Shown: positions 1 to 13,000, numbered from the stretch's first letter. The stretch: 64,000 bases of DNA from Epiperipatus broadwayi (GCA_028023455.1 JAQFVV010000005.1:11842001-11906000), one strand, 5' to 3'. Program-made: numbers and translations. The notes: a model not told the origin generated them from the sequence alone.

Positions 1-449
1 TAAATACACAAAATAATGTATACCTAAACAATATTCTAGTTGTAATAGATCATGAATGGTAACTTCACGACAACTGTTTTAATTTCATTACATTTGTAAA
101 ATCAAACAAATCTTAATGTTTGCTCAAATTTTGAAAATATATTTTTTCATAACTAAGGGAATGAAACCATACATAAATTTATTTCCAACAAAATACATAC
201 TCAAAAAAAAAAAAAAGATTATTGCAAAAATTATACATAAATAGTAAGTGAATTCTAAAACTTTAATCACATTTTTATGAAAAAAATAAGTGAATAGATT
301 CTTCCACTAACACAAAAATATCATACTTTCTTTAATGTTAAAGCATATGTTCAACTATAGTTTTTTTGATGTCATTAAGTGACTTCATTGTTCAATATTT
401 ACGATTTAATGATTCTAGTTTTTTTCTAAATATGATCATTAATTTATTT

Positions 450-2000
450 ATATTTTTATTGCCCTCTTTTTCTCTAAGGTAAATATGGAAAAACAACATA
501 AGCCCAATTTTAATTAACCACTAATTGCAACTAAAATATAAATTAGGTTATGTAGTTATCCAAAAATCAATTCACAAATAAACAACTCTCCAGTGATCAC
601 TAAATGATTAACATCCCCACCCCTATTGCTGACTTCAAAACTGGATGAAAAAATAAAGGGCATTATTGCTACTGTTCATATTATGAGTGAATTTAGTTTC
701 AATTAGCAGCATAAAAATTATTTTAAATATTTTGCCTTTAACCTTGAGGTTGTCATGCTTTTAAGTTAGCTTTATCTATTAGTCAAATCCCATTCTTAGA
801 TCACCACTACGTTCATTTTGGAATATCTTCATTAATAAAAGATCTTTAAGAAACTATTAAAAGATCCAGTCCCTTTCACTATCTATATTGCCATAAAAAT
901 TGCTATCTTTAAATAACAAACCCATCTTTTTATTTACTATGGAAGGAATTAAAGAATGTAGTTCATAATGAATTGTATCAAATCAATTAGAATGCTATTG
1001 TTTTTTTACTTCTTAAGATTATTGAGTTTTTTTTTGTGTGTGCTCCTTTAAATATATTTGAATGAGAAACATTTTCCAGTGTTTCTCTTGTGAGACTGGC
1101 TATAGCAACAAGACTAATTTGTATGGTAGTCTTAATTTATTTAATGTATCACAAAGATTACACTCATTCCATAAACTTTAGGATGCCAGCATTGGAAAAA
1201 GGTGTTTGAGACTAAGTAACATAAATTATGCATTAAGTGAAACAAATTTGAAAGAGTTTATGTTTATAGTTGTCTACTTTTATTGAAATTCATTAATTGT
1301 ATATTGTCAATAATATCTGATAGGAGTCTCCAAGCATTATGTAATTAAATATCAGCAAATTAATATTTGTAATATTATTGAGTTAAATATCATTGCTCTG
1401 ATATTTTTCTTATGTGCCATTATATTGAAGACCACTATCTGAAAAAAAGAAGTAAGGTAATGAGTCTATTTTTAAAATGAAACAAGCAATCTACAAATAG
1501 CAAATGAATGATCTTAAATTATACAAAGTACTAACAGAAAGAATCTATGTAAAAACAGATGTTTTACTTTTCTCAGTAGTTAATGAATCTTACAAGTACC
1601 AGGAATTTCTTTCTTTTAAATAGTTTTATATTCAATGAATGAAACTTCAGGTAAAATGTAGAACAAATGGATAGTAACCATGAACTGTGAGTTCTTTAAT
1701 AGAATCTTACTGGTGCTCTTCCTTTGCTCTTTATTCTAATACATTATTTTAAACTTATGTTTCATTCTCTCTTCAACTCCTAATATTGGTAAATTTATCT
1801 AGAATTATCTCATTGCTTCCATGGAAGGATAGCCTAACACTGTTCACTTCCATAGCAACTAAAGGTAATTCAACATTTATTTTGAGACAAAGAACAAACA
1901 TTATTGAATTTAGTTCCTTGGAAGAGACAAAACTGTAATGTCTTTTTATTTTGAGAGGAGAATCAACAGTCCCCAAAAAGGAAGCACTAGCAGAATAAGA
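450..2000 (-). mobile_element. Possible highly decayed non-LTR retrotransposon ORF2 relic (endonuclease/RT)
   Basis: Stop-riddled minus-strand translation gives ...GDLRMGFD**IKLT*KHDNLKVKGKIFKIIFMLLIETKF..., loosely like the RT region LDxxKAFD...KLxxxGxxGK. Boundaries approximate. Confidence 0.3.
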
Positions 2001-4609
2001 AATATTTTAAATGCTTTTATTTAACTTACAAATTCTATTTGTTTATTTATTTGGGTCAAATATAAGGAAAATTTTATTACTAAAATTATACTACCATGAC
2101 TATAATTATATAACTATGTACATAAATTTAAGTAGTGATGATTAAAATGCAAAGCTGTTATTTCAATAATCAAAACAATTTATTAAACAAAATATTGCAT
2201 AAAATAGAATAAAGTATATGAAATAACTAGATTAATATTTCTATAACAGTCTTATATTGTAAAGTCATTTATAAAAAGCAGGTATATATGGCGGACAATG
2301 TTGTTTACACAAACACACAAATCAATAAAGCTTGTCTGTAGTAGGATTTTTAACGTCCTAAATATTTTAAGTTTTACTAAATAAACAAAGATTACTCCAC
2401 ATTTTACAAAACCTCAATATTTCTCATACCCATAAGAAACAGTTATATTTGTATTGTATTAATCCTTATTTAGAAGATATTTATCTTTCACTAAATAAAT
2501 GCAATATCTGCATTACCTATTTATGTACTATTATTATAATAAGTACGCTTTAAATATATAAACAGAATATCCTTTATTCTTTTCTATAAACATGTACACA
2601 CTAAGACATTATAAAAAAAATACATAAATAAAATATGAGGTATATGAAACAAGAAAATCCCATATCCAATAGGACAACTCAAAATATTATCTAAAATCTA
2701 TGGTATTAAAGGAACAATCTATCTTTATCATAAGTTCATTATGACACTAGTTTGAATAAAGAAAACATTACCTACTCTTCTTGCAGTGGACAAGAACGTT
2801 AATAAATTCTAAATGCAGCAAAATTTTTATTATACACTAATAAAAAATATATTAACAACAAACCATACATATAATGATTATCACACACAAATGTTTATGA
2901 ATAGTTTTAATCCACGTCCATGCGCACATTTTAATTCTTTCTCACATATTTCCTATTAATAAATTCCTTCAGATAAGCTCTGTTGAGATTTGTATTATAG
3001 CAGATATAAAAACAATTGTTATCCATTTTAAAGAATTTGTTTTCTAGTTGAGAAGTGAAAAATAATATTATTAGTATCATAAATCCATTCATGGCATGAT
3101 GTTTTTGTTAAACTAACATTATTGTTTTCAACAATTTTTTTCAAAATAATTCATTAAGAGGATAATTAAATTGGTGATTACATTAAAAGAGCGAGGGATA
3201 TTGCATCATTTTATACTTCACACAATTTTCTGGTTTCTTTTCCAAAATCGGCAAACACAGCTATTTTATTAATTACATCAACATTTTCACAGGTGAGTTT
3301 GAATAATGATTTTGAAGAAAATTGATAAATACAATAAAATCCATTCCAATTAAGCATAGCAAGTTAATTATTCTGTAGTTTTAAAATTGAAGTCCTCGAT
3401 TATAAATTTAAATAATTCCATAGTTTTATAAAAATTCCAATTGGTAAAATTTCTTCTTTTAAAATTTTATCAGATTCAGATATTAAATAGCAACTTAAAT
3501 TATTATTAGCAAATCATTTCAATGATGGTGATGATCAACAGGTCTGTATCTGCCTTTGAAATGCGAACATTCACTGACGTCCTCTCAGCTAGCCATTATG
3601 GTTTTAAAACAGTGTAATGAATTAAAATGAAAAATTAAGTTTTGTTCTTTCAAGTGAAAGAATAAGAGAAAAAGAACATTGTGCATCTTCATTACTTATT
3701 TATATAGCTCAGCTCGTGATGGAAAAGTGACATGAATTCAAACTTCTTTTTCACTCAATTGTACTTAGTATGGGAAAACTTTTACTAGGTTAGCTTGGCA
3801 ACAGCTTTCTTCCAGATGATATTGTCCTCCGGGTTGTCTTATGTGCAGTAAATTAGCCATAATTAGTATACAATTTATGTAAAAGAATTATTTCAAATAA
3901 AATTATCAGAGCAAATATACACATTTTTATTTTTACAACAAATTATACATTATTATTAATTTTATTAAAATCAACTAGATTAAAATTTCTAAATTAACTA
4001 TTCTCGTATTTTAGGTGTTTATTTGTTATCTCTATGGCTTTAATTAAATATATTTTTATTTTTTGGAAAAGTTTTATATCACAGTTATGTACTCAAACAA
4101 ATACACGTACATTTAAATGTTTTGTGGAGATAAAAGTTTGTGTACATTTATTTTCAACCAAAAACAATTCACCGAAATTTTGTGAACGATTTATTTATTT
4201 TATTACGAGGTATTCAACCATAAATGTGCGATAATCTAAATTATTTAATGAACGATTTTTATAATTTAGCAACATGTTTTATCAAGTCTTAGTTATAATC
4301 GCCATTTTGGTAATCCTTGGAAGTGCTATATTTATAATTTACTAAAATCGAAAAAATTATGTTCTTAAATTTTTTTTTTAAAGTTGGGTTATTATAATAT
4401 TACTGAACTAATGGGGTTACTACCTCAGTATATATATATTTAGATTTTCAAGATCCCTACAGCTATCCACTTCTATAGACAATATATTTAATATATCCAG
4501 TACACAGTTCTTCTTTTCAAAATAATTCATATATATCTAATATAAAAATAAAACAAACTAACTCCTTCTTTTTAAAACTTGATTTTTTATGACTATAATC
4601 ATGAAAAAT

Positions 4610-4655
4610 ATATCCAACGTTTCGACTATTTTTTATAGTCTTTTTCAAGGCACAC
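4610..4655 (-). ncRNA. Type I hammerhead-like motif, U3/A8 core variant (PLE type)
   Basis: Minus strand: GTGTGCC-TTGAAAA-A-GACTAT AAAAA ATAGTC-GAA-ACGT-T-GGATAT. Perfect 6-bp stem II, palindromic ACGU stem III, GUU triplet. Confidence 0.65.
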
Positions 4656-5116
4656 TAAAATAAAATATATATACAATAAATATCACATATTCCAAAAAAA
4701 AAAAAAAAAATTAAATTAATTAAAAATTACAAAATATATTCATAACCAAAATTTTCTTTTTTTTATCTTATCTCACTCCCCTTTCCTATTACAATCACAA
4801 CTTAAACACAACTAATTTCTTTTTAAAAAATCTATATATATCATATAAAAACTTTTAATTAAAAAACTAAAAAGAGATGTTAATAGAAAAAGATAAAAGA
4901 AAATAATAGGTTTTTAATTAAAAGTTTTTATATGATATATATAGATTTTTTAAAAAGAAATTAGTTGTGTTTAAGTTGTGATTGTAATAGGAAAGGGGAG
5001 TGAGATAAGGTAAAAAAAAGAAAATGTTGGTTATGAATATATTTTGTAATTTTTAATTAATTTAATTTTTTTTTTTTTGGAATATGTGATATTTATTGTA
5101 TATATATTTTATTTTA

Positions 5117-5163
5117 GTGTGCCTTGAAAAAGACTGTAAAAAATAGTCGAAACATTGGATATA
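5117..5163 (+). ncRNA. Second copy of the U3/A8 hammerhead-like motif, stem III mutated
   Basis: GTGTGCC-TTGAAAA-A-GACTGT AAAAA ATAGTC-GAA-ACAT-T-GGAT. Stem II kept with a G-U wobble; ACGT changed to ACAT. Confidence 0.5.
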
Positions 5164-6724
5164 TTTTTCATGATTATAGTCATAAAAAATCAAGTTTTAA
5201 AAAGGAGTTAGTTTGTTTTATTTCTATATTAGACAATATATTTGTATTTAAATATTATATAGATATCAGCAGATATGATAGAAGAAATAGTGATTATGTT
5301 CTTGCACTGATTCAGATGATAGAGGCGAGTTATAAATTGATCAAATAAGCATTTCCCCCCTCAATATTAAATAATAGAAGTAAACCTAAAATTCCAGTTG
5401 TGGTTGAAGAAACAATTATTTTATTTCTTTTTAGTGCACAGTCAATAAAAAGCATTTAATATATATAAAAAATATTTTTAAGTTTTTAGTATTGGCACAT
5501 TTATTGGAAATGTAAAACTACATCTACTTTAAATTGACTGAATACTTATAGTTGATATATATATCAGCAGATATTTCTGCTGTAAGTTAAAATATATTAT
5601 TATTACAAATAATACATATACATTAGTTTAAAATAGTTTTAAAAATGTTATTAAAAGAAAAAAAATTAAACTGCCCTCTTGCGATCATTATTTAAACCAA
5701 ATGAAATTCTAAGGATAATTTAGTTAATTGCAAAACGTGAAATTATTGAACATTTTTCAGATTTTTCCTACCTTCTGTTCCATATCCATCAAACTAGTTG
5801 ACATACTGAAAAGATGAGTGTTTCTATGAATTAAGGTGTTATAACTTAGTTATAAATGAATTTTCAAGCAATTCTATTGAATTTAAATCTATTAGACCTT
5901 GATTTTAAAATTTCATTCTAACTTGAAAAAGATCAAAAGTTAACAAAAAGATTTTTCCAAAATCAATTAAAGCATTTAAAAAAAGCATATGACAATGATT
6001 AAAGACCATTTATGATTTAAAAAAAATATGATTAGGAAAAATTGTTACAATTATTAAATAAATCATATAAGGAAAATTGTTATATCAAATCGAAAATTAT
6101 GAATTATGTTAAGATAGGATTCAAATAGATTTATATTTTATCACTTATGTTATTATTATATTTTCATTAAAGTAGTGAGGAACATTTTATGAATATATCA
6201 TTTTTATCTAGAATTTTCAAATATGACACTTGTAAATGCTACCTGGTAGTCATGATTGAAAATTAGACTAAGAAATACATGTAAGCATTGGATTTGCAAA
6301 TTAATAAATTACTGTAAGTTTGCCTGAAACATTGTTTGATTAAATAAAAGCTGTTATTAATTATGAGGTATTTGATTTCAATATAAATACTATTCTTTTC
6401 CATCATATTTTTTTGATACAATAATATATAATTTTAATTAAGTGTTATCTTGTCTAATACCCAAGCAATAATTTAAGCCTAAATACATTTTAAAATTTTC
6501 TATGTAAACATTAAAATAACCAAATGTCCATGTTTAAGCCTCATTGATCTGCATATCCTATTCAAGTGCAAATAAAATTGAATTTGCATCTTGAGAAGGA
6601 AATGAATAAAATATTGCAATATAATTCTTTGCAATTGATTACAAAATTAAAAAATAATTTTAGACTGTCACAAATTAGGTGACAGTAAAAGAAAAATGAA
6701 TATAGTATAAAGTAATAATTGAAT

Positions 6725-6891
6725 GGCTGCAGAAAGGAGTTTGCTATTAACTGAAAGGAGACCCTTTGATTCCTCTTGGAGGCCTTAAAGGAACCGAGCA
6801 GGCAAATTCCTAATGTCCACTCCATACGTTCTTGTCGTTGCAGCTGTTATTACTATGTGATTATTCATATAGTATACGAACATGGATGGGC
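6725..6891 (+). ncRNA. HDV/CPEB3-like self-cleaving ribozyme at the RTE 5' end
   Basis: P1 GGCTGCA (6725-6731)/TGCAGCT (6839-6845) with G1-U wobble. P2 GTCCA-C-TCCAT (6815-6825)/ATGGATGGGC (6882-6891). P3 ACG/CGT around L3 TTCTTGT. J1/4 GT. P4 TACTATGTGA-TTAT-TCATATAGTA. J4/2 CGAA with putative catalytic C6877. Structured J1/2 insert (GGAGTTTGC/GCAAATTCC). Confidence 0.88.
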
Positions 6892-7049
6892 TGCTCACCA
6901 ACACGCATTAGCCAGCGTGGTGAGTTTATTGGCTTTTTACCTCTGAGTTTAAGATCGAGAAACACCATGGTCTTTCTTCTCAGTGCCTGATAAGGCAGAA
7001 TGAATGTTTGTGTAAATGATAAATATTTTTCCAATACATATATACAATT

Positions 7050-10010
7050 ATGACAGACAAAAATAAAGCATGGCCCTTATTCCCAGGAGGCTGTAAAGTC
7101 ACCAACCAAGGCAGCGGTTGGTGGCCGAAGGCGGAGGGTGCTAAGAATCCCCTGATTGTGGACCCAGGCTGCCATTTGATGATGACTTTTTATTTAGGTA
7201 CTTACAACTGCAGATCACTTTCAAGTGAAGGAAGATTGCAAGAATTAGAAGAAGAATTGTCTTATATTAAATGGGACATTATTGGACTTTGTGAAGTTAG
7301 AAGAAAAGGTGAAGAAACAATTGATTTAAAAAGTGGACATATACTCTATTATAAAGGCACACATATTGGAAATACAAGTGGAGTAGGATTCATTATAAAT
7401 AAAAAGTGGAAGAACAATATTGTGGAGATTGATGGTGTATCGGACAGAGTTGCAAGATTAGTTATACAACTTAATAGCAGATACCAAATGCAGATAATTC
7501 AGGTTTATGCCCCAACAAGTTCTCATAGTGATGAAGTAGTAGAAGATTTTTATATGGATGTACAAAATGCTTTTGATCAGAGTAAACAACATTTTAAAAT
7601 TGTTATGGGAGACTTTAATGCTAGAATTGGTAGACAAATGAAAGATGAAATTGCTGTAGGTAATTTTGGTTATGGTAATAGAAATGAGAGAGGACATAGA
7701 CTTGTGGAGTTTGCAGAAAAAGAAAAACTTTATATTATGAATTCATTTTTTGAGAAAAATGTTAAAAGGAAATGGACATGGAAGCATCCAAATGAAGGTA
7801 CAGCAGAATTGGATTATATTTTGACTAACAGGAAATACATATTTCAAGATTGTAATGTTCTTAATAAATTTAACACAGGAAGTGATCATCGATTAGTAAG
7901 GTGTAAGTTACGTGTTAATGTAAAACTAGAGAGACAAAAATTATTGAGAAAAACAATATTTACAGTTGATGTTCCTAATCTTCAGAAACATTCTAATGAA
8001 TTTAAATTAGAACTTACAAATAGGTTTCAAGTGTTAGGAGATTTTGAACATGATTCAGATTTGAATGAAATTAATATGAAAATAACTGATACACTTTTAA
8101 AAACTGCAACAAAGATAGCTGGTAGAAAAAAGCAGCAATTGACTAATAAAATTTCTACTGAGACTAGAGAATTTATGAAGAAAAGAAGGAATATGAAGAT
8201 ATACAAAAATGATGTATTAAAAAGAATTGAATATCTCGAATTTTGTAAAATGGTACGGAAAAAAGTTGAAAATGATATAAGAAAGTATAACTGTGAAATA
8301 GCAAGGAAAGCTGTAGAAGAAAATAAAAGTCTCAAGAATGTTAAACAACATTTTGGTATTGGTAGGAAATTTATATCTGCAATAACAAAAAAAGATGGAA
8401 TTATTACTAAAAAGAGAGATGACATCGTGAAATTGGTAGAAGATTTTTATCAAGAATTATATAGTAATAAAGAACAAGTACCTCCTATATCTATTACATC
8501 TTCTGAATTGCCCAGAATTTTAAATGAAGAAGTGAGACATGCAATTAAATGTATGAAGAAAGGAAAGGCTCCAGGAAATGATGGAATTATAATTGATATA
8601 TTAAAAGAAGGAGGTGAAGAAATAGAAACAATTTTAGCAAAGTTATATACCAAATGTCTAAATGATAAAGATGTACCGGAAGATTGGAAGAATGCAGTAA
8701 TAATATTAATATTTAAAAAAGGTGATAAAGAAGATATTAGAAATTACAGACCTGTCAGCCTTTTATCAGTTTTATATAAAATTTTTACCAAGATAATTAC
8801 AACTCGTCTACAGAGAACTTTGGATTTCCACCAACCAAGAGAACAAGCTGGATTTAAAAGTGGTTTTAGTACAATAGATCATATCCAGGTATTGAGAGAA
8901 GTCATAGAAAGGACAAATGAATATGAGTTGTCATTATGTTTTGGATTTGTAGATTATGAAAAGGCATTCGATTCTATACACATTTCTTCAGTGATTAAAG
9001 CATTGGATCATCAAGGTATAGATCCAGGATATTGTCATATTTTAAAGAATATTTATAAAAATGCAACAGCAACCATTAGATTACATAATGATACTGGAAA
9101 AATCAACATTGAGAAAGGTGTAAGACAAGGTGACTCCATATCTCCAAAACTTTTTACAGCAGTGCTGCAAGAAGTATTTTGTGGATTAAAATGGGAAACT
9201 AAAGGAATGAAAGTAAATGGAGAGTATTTAAGTCATTTAGATTTTGCAGATGATGTAGTTGTTTTTGCAAATAATGCTTCAGAGCTGCAGGAAATGTTGC
9301 AGGAGTTAGCAGATGAAAGTAGAAAAGTAGGACTAAAGATAAATGTTAAAAAGACTAAAGTAATATTTAATCGATTTGCTCAAAATATGAAAATAAAGAT
9401 TGATTATGAAGAATTAGAAGAAGTTAACAGTTACAAATACCTAGGTCAGATTATTAATACAGATGGAAACATAATGGAGGAAATTAATCATAGAATTAAA
9501 CTTGGTTGGAGTGCTTTTGGTAGAAATAACTTGATACTAAAAGGAAATATGCCTATGTGTTTGAAAAGAATGGTTTTTAACAAATGTGTTTTACCAGTTC
9601 TTACTTATGGATCTGAGACTTGGACACTTAATAGAAGAGCAATACAGAGACTTCAGACCACTCAAAGGAGTATGGAGAGATGTATGTTGGGAGTAACAAG
9701 AAGAGATCGAAAACGCAATGTATGGGTAAGACAACAAACAGGTGTTACTGACCTTATTGAAAAAATTAAAAGATTGAAATGGAGTTGGGCTGGACATATT
9801 GCTAGAAGAAATGATAATAGATGGACAATTGAAATTTTAAACTGGATTCCAAGAGATTGTAAAAGACCCAGAAAGAGACCACATGTGAGATGGATGGATG
9901 AAATAAGAAAATGTGCAGAGGTGTTGTGGAAAAGAGAAGCTAAAGATCGGAGAAGATGGATTAAACTTGGAGAGACCTTCATCCTGCAGTGGATTGATAA
10001 TGGTTGTTGA
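7050..10010 (+). CDS. RTE ORF: apurinic-type endonuclease plus reverse transcriptase, 986 aa, intact
   Basis: EN motifs TYNCRSL, GLCEVRR, VYAPT, MGDFNARIG, LDYIL, SDHRLV. RT motifs NYRPVSLL, EQAGF, FVDYEKAFDS, GVRQGDSISP, DFADDVV, YKYLG. RTE C-terminal KWSWAGHIAR and RPHVRWMDEI. Confidence 0.97.
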   Translation: MTDKNKAWPLFPGGCKVTNQGSGWWPKAEGAKNPLIVDPGCHLMMTFYLGTYNCRSLSSEGRLQELEEELSYIKWDIIGLCEVRRKGEETIDLKSGHILYYKGTHIGNTSGVGFIINKKWKNNIVEIDGVSDRVARLVIQLNSRYQMQIIQVYAPTSSHSDEVVEDFYMDVQNAFDQSKQHFKIVMGDFNARIGRQMKDEIAVGNFGYGNRNERGHRLVEFAEKEKLYIMNSFFEKNVKRKWTWKHPNEGTAELDYILTNRKYIFQDCNVLNKFNTGSDHRLVRCKLRVNVKLERQKLLRKTIFTVDVPNLQKHSNEFKLELTNRFQVLGDFEHDSDLNEINMKITDTLLKTATKIAGRKKQQLTNKISTETREFMKKRRNMKIYKNDVLKRIEYLEFCKMVRKKVENDIRKYNCEIARKAVEENKSLKNVKQHFGIGRKFISAITKKDGIITKKRDDIVKLVEDFYQELYSNKEQVPPISITSSELPRILNEEVRHAIKCMKKGKAPGNDGIIIDILKEGGEEIETILAKLYTKCLNDKDVPEDWKNAVIILIFKKGDKEDIRNYRPVSLLSVLYKIFTKIITTRLQRTLDFHQPREQAGFKSGFSTIDHIQVLREVIERTNEYELSLCFGFVDYEKAFDSIHISSVIKALDHQGIDPGYCHILKNIYKNATATIRLHNDTGKINIEKGVRQGDSISPKLFTAVLQEVFCGLKWETKGMKVNGEYLSHLDFADDVVVFANNASELQEMLQELADESRKVGLKINVKKTKVIFNRFAQNMKIKIDYEELEEVNSYKYLGQIINTDGNIMEEINHRIKLGWSAFGRNNLILKGNMPMCLKRMVFNKCVLPVLTYGSETWTLNRRAIQRLQTTQRSMERCMLGVTRRDRKRNVWVRQQTGVTDLIEKIKRLKWSWAGHIARRNDNRWTIEILNWIPRDCKRPRKRPHVRWMDEIRKCAEVLWKREAKDRRRWIKLGETFILQWIDNGC

Positions 10011-13000
10011 TGATGATGATGATGAATAATTGAATATAGTAAATAACAACAATAAAATAAAGATATTTATAAGTAAATATATACACTAAAAAAAATTAAA
10101 GCCAATAAGAATAAACAAAAATTTTATTGAATTTTTATGATAAAATTAAACTAATTATCACTGGATTTGAATTTTATATAAAGCATGATTGCCAATGATA
10201 AGATAGGTAATTTATAGAAAACAAAATAATATTTTAACTATAATGTATCATGAATACAACTGTTTTAGTTTCATTGCATTCTTAACAGCAAATGTCTCAT
10301 CAAAGGATCTAAAAATTTGAAAATGTCTTTCCATATTCTTGATTTAAAAACCTATTTCATAAAGGAATAAAATTTTATACAGATTTATATACTCGTATTT
10401 TATATAATTAAAAGATGTAAAAATAGTAACATCACAGTAAATCTTTTTACATTTGTAAAAGAAAATTATTTAAATAACAATTAGATTCACTCATTATCAT
10501 AAAAAATAATAAACTTTAGTTTAAAGAACAAAAAAAAAGTAATATTCAACTGTTGTTGATTGATGCGTTTATATGACTTCATTATAATTTGGATTGATTG
10601 CAATATTTCAATTATATTTATGATTTAATAGTTTATTTAGACCATCTCTGCTGTCTGTAAATCTATGGCTATCTATGATATCAATTAAAATTGGAAGCTT
10701 GGATTAAGTGATATTAAAAGTATGAAATATTCTTTTAAGTTAAAAGTGTTTAACGTTTTTACTTTGATTAGAATTTAAAAAAAAAAAAAAAATTTACTAA
10801 AACTATATTATATCGCCATCTAGCGAGTTAACAAATAAATAACAGATTTTTTAACTTCAATAAAAGCATTTAAAAACTAATCATTTATTAATAAATTAGG
10901 ATGGTATTTGGTCATCCAGTTATTGAATAATAAATTATTAAACATCACAAAATTAAAACAAGCATTTTAAACTGTAAATAATCATTGATTAAATTTCATA
11001 CTTTTATTACTTACTGATTTGGAATTTATTAAAATGAAAATAGTATTTTTAAAAAATTATTATGATCAATATTATGTCTGACTTTAGATTCAATGAATGG
11101 TGAAAAAGCAAAATTCATTTTTATTTTTAATATTTACATTTCTCAACTGAGATTAACCATTGATCTTAAGTTATCTGCATCTATTAAATTTATTATTTTT
11201 ATTGTTGAATCTGATCTATTTAGTTTTCCAGGATACGTCCTCCACTCCCCAATCTTTATTTTCTTCATCAAATATTACTTATCCATTGATATTTTTTTGC
11301 TGACCTAAGAATTTTTTTTTAAAAATTTAATGTTTATTTTTGTCCCTTATCTACAATAGCATAAAAAATATTAATATTGCATGATAAATCCATCTTTTTA
11401 TGTATCATAGAAGAATCACTGAGGATAAGAGTTGCAAAAAATCAATGAATTAGGAATTGTTTATTACTTCCCAAGATTATTGAATTGGTTTTCTTTACTC
11501 TTTTCTGTTGTTATTTATTGCAGCTGCAAATCAGAAGCTCATTTGAATACTTCAGTTATGAGACTGACAATAACCTAAGATCATAATTTAGGCTTTAATA
11601 ATAAGTATGTGTGCCTAGTTTATTAGATCTGTTACAAGTATCACATTCAGTCAATAAATGTTTTGGGCATTAATAGAAAAGTAGACTGTTGCATGTCTAG
11701 CAAGATAAATATGGCTTGGATTCACCATAGTTAATATTATTTAAGATCTGTCTAGGCATTAACTTGAATTAGAAAAAGTTTATATTTTTCTATTTTCTTC
11801 ACAAATCATTAATTCTAGAACATCAACCTGACAGGGGCCATCTCAAATATTTTGTAATTAAATTTCATTAGCATATAAATAATTGTGGTATTACTGAGTA
11901 AAGCTATCTTTTTCTCGATTGTTCTTTTGGGTTTCCAGAGGGAAAAAAATATTTGGAAGGAAAGCTATGATTATTTTTTTTTTGATGATTGCAAGTATTC
12001 CAGATGACAAATGTATAAATTTAAATTTCCTAAAGGAACCAGTAATGGAATGAAACAATATAAAAATAAATATTTTGGTTTCCCCCAGTAATTCCTGAAT
12101 TTAACAAGTATGATGATCCATCAGGATATTTGCATTAAAGATAGGATATCCAAAAAGTGTGACTTTTCTGAAACATTTATTGGGATTGTTTAGTTTCTCT
12201 CTCTCTCTCTTTTTTTTGATATATACTTCTAAATTCTCATTCATTTTTTTGATATTCCTAACATTGGTTAATTTATCTGCAAATATCTTTGTGCTTGAAT
12301 GGATCGAGGCATACGCATAAAATTAAAAAGTATTTCAGAGAAAAGGTTAGTACTTTTTTTTTTTTTTTCACTGCCGTAACAAATTATATCCTTGATATCT
12401 TTATTATTCTTATACTGCAAACCATTACTAGTATTTTCAAAGACAAATTTACATTTTGAAGAATTGCATTTATATTTTTTTCATGATGGTTTCTGGAGAA
12501 TTTGGATATATTTATGTTTAAAATATTTTTTTAAAAATTATTTTAGTATAAATCTTTCTAGTAGTACAAATACTTAAATAACTTTAAATGCCATTCAGTT
12601 CTTTCTATTAATATGAGAAAAATAAACTTATTAACTTTAGATCCTAGTTTTGTTTCATAGTTGTATTAAATACTTCTGCAGCCATCTGAATGATAATATG
12701 TTACAAATTGCAAATATATATTACAATAACAAATATATTGGGTAAAGAAATTCATTTATTTATCAAATGAATGTATCTTTTAAATACTTCAGAAAGATTG
12801 TCAAAAGGATACTCATTTACATTCATCCTGATGAAAATTAACTTTCTAGTGCAAAGATGACTTCTGTTTGTAATCAGAGAAATTCTAATAATACTTTATT
12901 CATGGTTTCTGTTTATGATAGATAATACTAGAATACCATACTCTTATCCTTTGCAGATAATTTTACTAAATAAATTTCTAAATTGATTGTCAAAATTTAT

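Larger units (their letters stand above)
4490..5229. mobile_element. Non-coding Penelope-type fold-back insertion (inverted ~330-bp arms, one with an extra tail)
   Basis: Arms ~4536-4868 and ~4909-5233 are reverse complements. The left arm extends ~46 nt further (4490-4535). 14-bp direct repeat TAGACAATATATTT at 4476-4489 and 5230-5243. Each arm carries a hammerhead-like core. Confidence 0.75.
6725..10024 (+). mobile_element. Full-length RTE-clade non-LTR retrotransposon
   Basis: Single APE+RT ORF, (TGA)n 3' tail at ~10008-10024 after CTGCAGTGG, and 11-bp TSD AATAATTGAAT at 6714-6724 and 10025-10035. Confidence 0.96.

Noticed and set aside
880-910. Minus-strand YGNIDS as a family B DNA polymerase YGDTDS motif
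   Set aside because: Isolated partial match; the neighbouring sequence fits a decayed RT better.
7100-7180. GGCAGC/GCTGCC pairing at the start of the RTE ORF as a second HDV ribozyme
   Set aside because: No P3/L3, P4 or CGAA-type J4/2 follows.
7458-10052. Several minus-strand ORFs overlapping the RTE
   Set aside because: Antisense shadows of a long AT-rich coding frame, with no recognisable domains.
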